Assembly (NCBI GenBank): GCA_051746405.1
Contig: JBNJFB010000049.1
Location: 1-17,028, forward strand
Source: Campylobacterota bacterium
GTDB taxonomy: Bacteria; Campylobacterota; Campylobacteria; Campylobacterales; Arcobacteraceae
Length of the DNA: 17,028 bases
Direction: 5' to 3'
A program made the position numbers and the translations under genes. How positions within the stretch are numbered: the first letter of the stretch is position 1; every line of letters starts with the position of its first letter. Positions 7,955-14,607 of the stretch are shown here, one piece after another. The notes under the pieces were generated by a model that saw only the letters and a program-made list of their open reading frames with translations, was not told where the DNA came from and did no database searches.

Positions 7955-10570
7955 TTAAATATTATCTTTTGGAGCACTGAAATGATAACCTTGTGAATAA
8001 TCAATACCAAGTGATTGAGATGTTTTTAGTATCTCTTCGTTTTCTATAAATTCACCAATAGTTTTTATGCCCATTTGCTTAGCAAAGTTTACAATAGTGG
8101 AAACTACCACATATGATTCTCTTTGGGTATTTATATTTTTTATAAGGGAACCATCTATCTTGATATAATCAGCTTGTAACTTAATAAGATATTCAAAGTT
8201 ACTATAACCACTTCCAAAATCATCAATTGCTATCTTACAACCTTTTGATTTCACTTCATCAATAAAATCAATCACAAGCTCATAATCTTTTATTGACTCA
8301 GACTCAACTAGTTCTAAAACTAATCTTTTTGTAACTTCTACATTTTCATCAAGCTTTGAGAAGATAAACTCTCTTATTTCACTATTTGAAATATCTTCCA
8401 TAGTTAGATTTATTGAAAACTCAAAATCTTTATCATAAAACATCTCAAAACTTTTTTCTATCATTATTTTTGTTAGTTTTAAATACTGTTTAGTCTGCTT
8501 TGCAATATCCAAAAAGAAAAATGGACTTATAACTTTGCTTGTATCTGGCTCAACTATTCTTACAAGTGCCTCATATTTTTCATACTTTAAAGTTTTGTTA
8601 TTTACTATTGGCTGGAAAAAAGGAACAACCCTATTTTCATCAATTGCTTTTTTAAGTCTATTTGCCCATAAAAGATTATTTTCATACTGTTTGTTTAAAC
8701 TATTATCTTTTGAATATATCACAATATCTTTTTTCTCTTTTTTGGATATTTTTAGCGCCATATCTGCACATAAAATAGTCTCTTGTGAACTTTCAAATGA
8801 AATACCACAACTTAGATTCAAATTAAGCTCTTTATCTTCAATCTTAAGAGAAGTTTTTTCTAGTTTATTTAACATATTTTTAAGATTTATTACAACCTTT
8901 TCTTTATCATACTCTTTTAGTAAAATAGCAAACTCATCTGCACCATTTCTATATAACTCAAAGCTATAGATACACCTCTTTTCTAAATGAGACTTTAGGC
9001 TTTTTGCAAAAGCTTGAAGTAGCTTATCACCAAAACTATGACCATAGAAATCATTTATTTGAGAAAATCTATCAATATTTATCAAAATCAAACAAGGCTG
9101 AACACTCTTTTCAATATCAAGATGAAGTTTTGTTCTACTTTTTAATCTAGTGAGTAAATCATAATTAGCACGAAACTCTATCTCCTCTTTACTTTTCATC
9201 AAATCAGTTATATCTCTTCTTATTGAAATATAACCCTCAATACTCTTATCTGCTGTATACATAGGAGTAATAACAGCATCCGTCCAGTAGTAACCGCCCT
9301 GCTTTGTACTGTTTTTTAATAAACCTCTCCAAGTCTTACCTTTTTTTATGGTATTCCACATATCTTTAAAAAGTTTTTTTGACATATCTTGATGACGAAT
9401 AATATTATGAGGCTTTCCTAAAATCTCTTCTAGTTTATATCCACTTGTTTTACAAAATAGTTCATTTGCATAAGTAATATTTCCTTTTAAATCAGCTTTT
9501 GTAACTAGATTTGAGGTCTCAACACTTTTTTTGTAACTCTCTAAAGATGAGTAACTCTCCCAAAACTTTTCAAAGATTGTATTACTAGCTTGAAATATCT
9601 CTCCTATTTCATCTTGATTTCTTATCTCTATTGGCTTATACTTTTTATTTAGCATAGACTCTAAAGCATCTTGCAGTTTTTTTAAAGGTTTTAATATTTC
9701 AATATTTATAAAAGAGATAAAGATATAAAATATAATAATAGTCATAAGAATAACTACTAATATAATCATAGATATCAGCTCTTTTCTTTTTTTATCATAA
9801 TAACTAAAGTCAACATTATGTTTTATATATAGATTTAACTCTTCATCTAAAATAGTCTTATCAACGCTACTATTTTTATTATCTTTATCTACGCTAAAAG
9901 AAATAGGATGATTAAAATCCTTTTGAAGTTTCTCTAACTTTTCTTTACCAAAATAGTAAGTAATCTTAGCATACCCCACTAGTTGCTTGTCAAACTTTAT
10001 AGCTTTACTATTACAAAGTTTGTAATAGCCGTTTTGATAATCTGTATTTGATTTTGTTTTACACTCTTTACTTAAGCCATTTTGAGGATTTAGTTTTGAA
10101 AGTTTATTAGCACTTTTAAAATAAGCAGTTTCATCTTTATATACTACAAATCCATTTGATGCTAAACTCTCATTAAAAGATTTTTTTGCTATAAGATTTT
10201 GTTTATTATCATAATACTCAATCAAATAGAAACTATCATTTTGAAAAAAACGCTTAGAATACTCTAGTAGTGATTTTTTCTCAGCATCAAATATCAAAGA
10301 GTCATAATCTTTTTTATCTTCATAGTTTGAAATAAGATTTAAAGATGCTACCACATCTTGACTACTATTTATCTCTTCTAATGACTTTTTAACTCTTTGT
10401 TTAATTTCATCTAAATGATTATATACTCTTTTTGAATCACTCTTAACTTCATGATTAATACTATTTTGCAAAATATCTTCACTATTTTCAAATGTTAAAT
10501 AAGCTATAACTATTGAGGTTACTATGGTCAATAATGCTACATTTAAAAAGCTTTTAGTCTTTAATTTCAT
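7955..10570 (-). CDS. Membrane-bound c-di-GMP phosphodiesterase (TM-periplasmic-TM-HAMP-PAS-degenerate GGDEF-EAL)
   Basis: Two TM segments around a ~240-aa periplasmic region; HAMP 'KPLKKL...QDEIGEI'; Aer-like PAS 'PHNIIRHQDM...MW.TI.KG..W.G..KN'; degenerate 'NIDRF' and 'GADEF'; intact EAL motifs 'FFQPI', 'YEALVR', 'ELVES', 'DDFGSGYSNF', 'KIDGS', 'GEFIE', 'QGY'. Confidence 0.93.
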   Translation of the reverse strand: MKLKTKSFLNVALLTIVTSIVIAYLTFENSEDILQNSINHEVKSDSKRVYNHLDEIKQRVKKSLEEINSSQDVVASLNLISNYEDKKDYDSLIFDAEKKSLLEYSKRFFQNDSFYLIEYYDNKQNLIAKKSFNESLASNGFVVYKDETAYFKSANKLSKLNPQNGLSKECKTKSNTDYQNGYYKLCNSKAIKFDKQLVGYAKITYYFGKEKLEKLQKDFNHPISFSVDKDNKNSSVDKTILDEELNLYIKHNVDFSYYDKKRKELISMIILVVILMTIIIFYIFISFINIEILKPLKKLQDALESMLNKKYKPIEIRNQDEIGEIFQASNTIFEKFWESYSSLESYKKSVETSNLVTKADLKGNITYANELFCKTSGYKLEEILGKPHNIIRHQDMSKKLFKDMWNTIKKGKTWRGLLKNSTKQGGYYWTDAVITPMYTADKSIEGYISIRRDITDLMKSKEEIEFRANYDLLTRLKSRTKLHLDIEKSVQPCLILINIDRFSQINDFYGHSFGDKLLQAFAKSLKSHLEKRCIYSFELYRNGADEFAILLKEYDKEKVVINLKNMLNKLEKTSLKIEDKELNLNLSCGISFESSQETILCADMALKISKKEKKDIVIYSKDNSLNKQYENNLLWANRLKKAIDENRVVPFFQPIVNNKTLKYEKYEALVRIVEPDTSKVISPFFFLDIAKQTKQYLKLTKIMIEKSFEMFYDKDFEFSINLTMEDISNSEIREFIFSKLDENVEVTKRLVLELVESESIKDYELVIDFIDEVKSKGCKIAIDDFGSGYSNFEYLIKLQADYIKIDGSLIKNINTQRESYVVVSTIVNFAKQMGIKTIGEFIENEEILKTSQSLGIDYSQGYHFSAPKDNI

Positions 10571-10585
10571 CTTAATACTTTACCT

Positions 10586-11491
10586 TTAAAAAATTGGTTT
10601 TACCATTGAAGCATTATCTTTTTCTATCATCTTTGTATCTATGACAATATTTTTAGGTACTTTTTCTTTTTTTATTATTTTTACAATAGCTTCAATGCCC
10701 TCTTTTGAACAAGTAGGATAAGTAAAACTTACACTTTGATTCCCTTCTAAAATAGCTTCTTGAGCATCTTTTATATAATCAATACCAGCAGTTGGTTTTG
10801 ATTTGGTGTCATTGTATTTATTCATAACTATACGAGCTCCAATTAACATACTATCACTATGGGAGTATATAGCATCAAAATCTATATTTTTGTTATAAAT
10901 ATCTTCCATTACATTTATAGCATCATTTCTTAAAAAGTTTGCTCTTCTTTTTATTATCTTTACATCACTATACTCTTTTGCAACATCTTCGAAACCTTTT
11001 TCTCTTAAATGTGTTGTTGATGCACCTTTTATTCCTTGAAGCATCAAAATAGTACCTTTATAGTCTATTTTTTTTAAAAGATATTTTGCTGTTTGCTTTG
11101 CAATCTTATAGTTATCAGGAGCAATAAATGTAGTATAAGTATCACCTTTAGTATTTCTACTTAAAAGTATCACTTTTATATCATTTTGTATTGCTTTTTC
11201 TAGTGCTTTTGAAGTTAAGTTAGGATTAATAGGACTTGTAATAATAAAATCATAATCATCTTTTATAAAACTTTCAATATCAAGTATTTGCCTAGCAACT
11301 GAGCCTTTTGCATCTTTTATTGTAAGTTCTAAATAATCATACTTTTTAGCTTCATTAATTGCCTCATCAACTTGTGCTTGTCTCCAGTCATTTGCTAAAG
11401 TATCTTGGGCAAAACCTACTTTGTAAGTTTGGGCATTACTTGTTAATGCTAAAATAAAAAAAAGTACAATAATTTTTAAAATCATATTCAT
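10586..11491 (-). CDS. Periplasmic sugar-binding-type protein (RbsB/LacI-fold, type 1 PBP)
   Basis: Signal peptide ending 'SNA'; 'VGFAQD...NDWR', 'IITSP', 'DNY', 'LQG..GAS....R.KGF', 'AIYSHSDSM..GA', 'GID', 'FTYPT'. Confidence 0.9.
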   Translation of the reverse strand: MNMILKIIVLFFILALTSNAQTYKVGFAQDTLANDWRQAQVDEAINEAKKYDYLELTIKDAKGSVARQILDIESFIKDDYDFIITSPINPNLTSKALEKAIQNDIKVILLSRNTKGDTYTTFIAPDNYKIAKQTAKYLLKKIDYKGTILMLQGIKGASTTHLREKGFEDVAKEYSDVKIIKRRANFLRNDAINVMEDIYNKNIDFDAIYSHSDSMLIGARIVMNKYNDTKSKPTAGIDYIKDAQEAILEGNQSVSFTYPTCSKEGIEAIVKIIKKEKVPKNIVIDTKMIEKDNASMVKPIF

Positions 11492-11528
11492 AGATATCCT
11501 TTGTGATTTTATATAATTATTATAGACA

Positions 11529-11563
11529 ATTATACATAAAAAGTATGAGTTTTTTGTGAGTTT
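11529..11563 (-). promoter_or_regulatory. Candidate promoter of the five-gene operon: -10 TATAAT plus upstream direct repeat AAACTCA-N4-AAACTCA
   Basis: TATAAT (minus) at 11534-11529; TGAGTTT occurs at 11546-11552 and 11557-11563 (11-bp period); AAGGA RBS upstream of the ATG at 11491. Confidence 0.45.
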
Positions 11564-11577
11564 ATATAAGTTTTGTA

Positions 11578-11610
11578 ATGCAATATGTAGGTTATCCCTA
11601 CATATTGCAT
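11578..11610. terminator. Perfect 14-bp inverted repeat, probable terminator or RNA-stability hairpin of the 11648-13501 gene
   Basis: ATGCAATATGTAGG-ttatc-CCTACATATTGCAT, located 37 nt downstream of the stop codon. There is no clear U-tract. Confidence 0.6.
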
Positions 11611-11647
11611 GTAAGTTATTATAATAGTTATAAAAGAGTATTAAATA

Positions 11648-13501
11648 TTAATACTCTTGTTTATCTTCATTTTTAAGAAGCTCTTTTTTAAATCGAACAA
11701 CTTTATTTCTACCTGTATCTTTTGCACAATATAGACTTAAATCCGCATACTTTATAGCTTTCCAGATTTGGTCTGTATCTAGTGGTACAAAAGAGTAACC
11801 AACACTAAGAGTTTTTGAAAAGCTCTCATCATTGAAATTAAATACTATCTTAGAAAACTCTTGATTGATACTTTTAGCAAGGTCATAAGCACTTTGTTCA
11901 GTAGGGTCTCTTAAAATAATTACAAACTCTTCTCCCCCAAATCTAATAATGAAATCATCAGTACTAATAAGATTTTTCATAGTCTCTGAAAGTTTTTGTA
12001 AAATCGCATCACCTGCATCATGACCATAAGTATCATTTACCATTTTAAAGTAATCAATATCTAAGAACATAATTGCATAGGTAGTACCTTTTTTCATCTC
12101 CTCTTGCATTGAGTTTTCAATAAAGTCATCAAGATATTTTCTATTATATAATCCTGTAAGTCCATCTACTAAACTTCTCTCTTTTAAAATATCCATTAGT
12201 ATTCTACTTTCTAAAATAGGTTTAGCCTCTTCAAGATATTTTTTAATAATTCCAACTTGATAACTAGTATGTTTAATACAATCTTTATTGTCACAAACAA
12301 TATGTATAGTAATACTTTTTTGTTCATTTATATCAAAAGGGATACAAATATACTCTCTATTTTCGCTACAGTTTGCTATTCTACAAAGATTTGGGAAGTT
12401 TTTAGAAAATACAACCATATCAGTTCTTTGAGCTCTACACTGCTCTTTGATACCCCTATTTACAAAACAACATGGCTCCATATTTTCAGTTTTAAATACT
12501 ACTTTTCGGCTACCTTTAAGTAAATCATTTTCAAAAATACAGAAGTTTTGAATATTTAATTTACCTTTTAAAACTTGAGTAAGTCTAAAGTATATGTCAT
12601 CTTTTCCTAAATCAGTCTCAATTGTCTTTTTGAAAGTATAAATCTCAGAAATATCTTTTATAATCTCTTGAGCACTTAAAAGTTTGTCATTGTTTACATT
12701 TGATGATCTATTATGTACAAAAGAAGTAAGATTTTTCTCTATTCCTGAAAGTACTGTTTCTAACTTCTCTATTATCTCATTTAGCCATTTAAATGCCTCT
12801 TTATCTTGCTCAAGCTTAGCCCCAGTTGCTCTGATACTATAATCACCCTCATGAACTTTTTTCAAAACTTTGATTATAGAATCAAAAGATGATGTATATG
12901 GTTTAATTCTTTTACTTATAAAAACCAAAATAATAATCAAGAATACAGCAGATGCACCTATTATTTTCATCAAAATAACAATACTAGAAACCCTCTCATC
13001 TTGAATATCAAACTCAAGGGAAATAGCACCTAATACTTCACCCTCATTGGCATTATGACAGGATAAACAGTTTGGCTTATCATGGGATGATGCAATATAA
13101 GGTATTGTAATTCTAAGCCCAGCATGTTCTAAACTCTCATCTATCTCTATCTTTTCTGTGGCATTATTTAATACAAACTTATCAATAGCATCTTTTGGTG
13201 GTTTTTTACTCTCTCCACTGCTAAACTGATTATTAACACTTTGTGAACGAACAACCCAAAGGTCTTTGATACCCTCAACTTGACCCATTCCATTTAGAAA
13301 AACATCACTTTGATGCATATTTCCATTAATCATATGGGCAGTTAAAGACTGCTTTACAGTTTGTGCTGCTAAATAAGCCTTTTTCTTAGCACCCTCATAA
13401 CTATTTTGACGTGAACCTAATGCCACTAATATTACAATGACTGCTATAAGTGCTGTAACCATTGAAAATATTATAAGTGTAATCTTTTTGTTTAATTGCA
13501 T
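11648..13501 (-). CDS. Membrane diguanylate cyclase with periplasmic c-type heme sensor (CXXCH), HAMP-like and Cys-rich GAF-like domains
   Basis: TM1, periplasmic domain 'LTAHMING...IPYIA...NCLSCH...GEVLGAISL', TM2, HAMP-like 'GDYSIR', Cys-rich segment, 'DGLTGLYNRK', 'DIDYFK.VND.YGH..GD', 'RFGGEEF', 'AKDTGRN'. Confidence 0.92.
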   Translation of the reverse strand: MQLNKKITLIIFSMVTALIAVIVILVALGSRQNSYEGAKKKAYLAAQTVKQSLTAHMINGNMHQSDVFLNGMGQVEGIKDLWVVRSQSVNNQFSSGESKKPPKDAIDKFVLNNATEKIEIDESLEHAGLRITIPYIASSHDKPNCLSCHNANEGEVLGAISLEFDIQDERVSSIVILMKIIGASAVFLIIILVFISKRIKPYTSSFDSIIKVLKKVHEGDYSIRATGAKLEQDKEAFKWLNEIIEKLETVLSGIEKNLTSFVHNRSSNVNNDKLLSAQEIIKDISEIYTFKKTIETDLGKDDIYFRLTQVLKGKLNIQNFCIFENDLLKGSRKVVFKTENMEPCCFVNRGIKEQCRAQRTDMVVFSKNFPNLCRIANCSENREYICIPFDINEQKSITIHIVCDNKDCIKHTSYQVGIIKKYLEEAKPILESRILMDILKERSLVDGLTGLYNRKYLDDFIENSMQEEMKKGTTYAIMFLDIDYFKMVNDTYGHDAGDAILQKLSETMKNLISTDDFIIRFGGEEFVIILRDPTEQSAYDLAKSINQEFSKIVFNFNDESFSKTLSVGYSFVPLDTDQIWKAIKYADLSLYCAKDTGRNKVVRFKKELLKNEDKQEY

Positions 13502-13533
13502 TTTTTAATCCCCTACTAATACTTCTATGGGTA

Positions 13534-13542
13534 ATCTTACCA
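13534..13542 (-). promoter_or_regulatory. Candidate extended -10 promoter (TGnTAAGAT) for the heme-c cyclase
   Basis: The minus strand reads TGGTAAGAT about 33 nt upstream of the ATG, followed by an AGGGG RBS. Confidence 0.4.
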
Positions 13543-13573
13543 TTTATAAACTAAAATAACTTAATTATAATCA

Positions 13574-14131
13574 TTAATAAATAATTTTATTTAAAAATTT
13601 ATAGTAGTTAATATTTTCATACTTCTCAAAACCAAACTCTTTAGTAATTTTTTTCAACCTCTCTAAATCATCAGACTCTAATGCTACTGTATGAAAATTT
13701 TTATTATCTACATCTATATTGGCAAACTCACCCAACACTTCATCTTTTTTAAATAATAATCGTTTTTTAGTAAGAGAAACAAGCTTAATACTCTCTTTTG
13801 AGTTTATAAAATCTTCTAGCTGTTTTTGAGTCAAATATAAACCTGAATCCAAAATCTCTTTTTTAAAAACCAAGTTTATATACCTACTTTCAATAGGAAA
13901 CTCCATTTTAAAAAAAGGTTCCCACTGTTCAAATCCATCAATTGAGCAATTAAATCTCTTTACATCTAACTTATTATCTCTAATTTTAATATTATATTTT
14001 GTAATCTCTTTTGAGAGAAGATATACCTCTTTTGTATCTTTTTGACCCACTGATGTAAAGTACTTTTGCAAATACTCTTTTTTTGTACTTAAATTTTCAT
14101 GAAATACTCGATACTCAAATCTACCACTCAT
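13574..14131 (-). CDS. Putative CYTH-like (triphosphate tunnel) domain protein
   Basis: N-terminal 'RFEYRVF', then 'EVYL', 'NIKIR...LDVK', 'EQWEP', 'TKKR', 'GEF', 'TVALES', 'NINY': an alternating acidic/basic beta-strand pattern resembling CYTH-like proteins. AAGGA RBS. The family call is from motif recall only. Confidence 0.55.
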   Translation of the reverse strand: MSGRFEYRVFHENLSTKKEYLQKYFTSVGQKDTKEVYLLSKEITKYNIKIRDNKLDVKRFNCSIDGFEQWEPFFKMEFPIESRYINLVFKKEILDSGLYLTQKQLEDFINSKESIKLVSLTKKRLLFKKDEVLGEFANIDVDNKNFHTVALESDDLERLKKITKEFGFEKYENINYYKFLNKIIY

Positions 14132-14248
14132 AAATAGTTCCTTTTTTTTATATAAACTATATTACTAAAAATTATTTAATATTTATTTAAGTTCTATGCT
14201 GTACGATGTAGAAAAGTGACATAAAAATTTATTAAATAGGAGTCTTTC

Positions 14249-14509
14249 ATGAATCAAGTTAATAAAAACAACAGAAGAGGTTTTTTTAAGTTTGTAGTAG
14301 CATCAGTTGGAGTTGCTGCATTTGGTACAACACAAGCATTTGGTAAAACTACAAAAGATGTGGCTAAATATGTAGAACAACCTAAAAATGGTGATAAGTG
14401 TAGCAACTGTTTACACTTTGAAAAAGAGACAAGCACCTGTGCTATTGTTAAAGGTAAAGTAGTTCCAAAAGGGTGGTGTACCTTTTATCTAGCAACAGAT
14501 GCAAAATAA
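14249..14509 (+). CDS. High-potential iron-sulfur protein (HiPIP/Iro-like) with Tat signal
   Basis: Twin-arginine motif 'NRRGFFK', h-region and 'AFG' cleavage site; 'Y...P..G.KCSNCLHF......CAIVKG.V.PKGWCTFY' matches the four-Cys HiPIP pattern; AGGAG RBS. Confidence 0.92.
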   Translation: MNQVNKNNRRGFFKFVVASVGVAAFGTTQAFGKTTKDVAKYVEQPKNGDKCSNCLHFEKETSTCAIVKGKVVPKGWCTFYLATDAK

Positions 14510-14510
14510 C

Positions 14511-14556
14511 TAAGTAGTAAAGAGATTAAAACTCTTTACTCTTATATTTATATTTT
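14511..14556 (+). terminator. Probable intrinsic terminator after HiPIP
   Basis: Stem AGTAAAGAG (14516-14524) / CTCTTTACT (14532-14540), extendable by TAAG/CTTA, followed by a T-rich tail TATTTATATTTT. Confidence 0.55.
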
Positions 14557-14607
14557 AAATTAAAATATCAATACTTTTTTAACACTTGCACTTCTAAGGG
14601 GTAGTTA

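Noticed and set aside
8535..8969. Plus-strand 144-aa ORF
   Set aside because: Antisense to the GGDEF/EAL region of the 871-aa gene.
8700..9170. Active diguanylate cyclase in the 871-aa protein
   Set aside because: The active site reads GADEF and the first metal-binding Asp is Asn (NIDRF), so it is most likely catalytically degenerate.
2289..11491. ABC transporter operon interpretation of the three binding proteins
   Set aside because: No permease or Walker-A ABC ATPase gene is in the window; the neighbours are signalling proteins.
12257..12523. Plus-strand 88-aa ORF
   Set aside because: Antisense to the heme-c cyclase; no recognisable features.
14254..14436. Minus-strand 60-aa ORF
   Set aside because: Antisense to the HiPIP gene.
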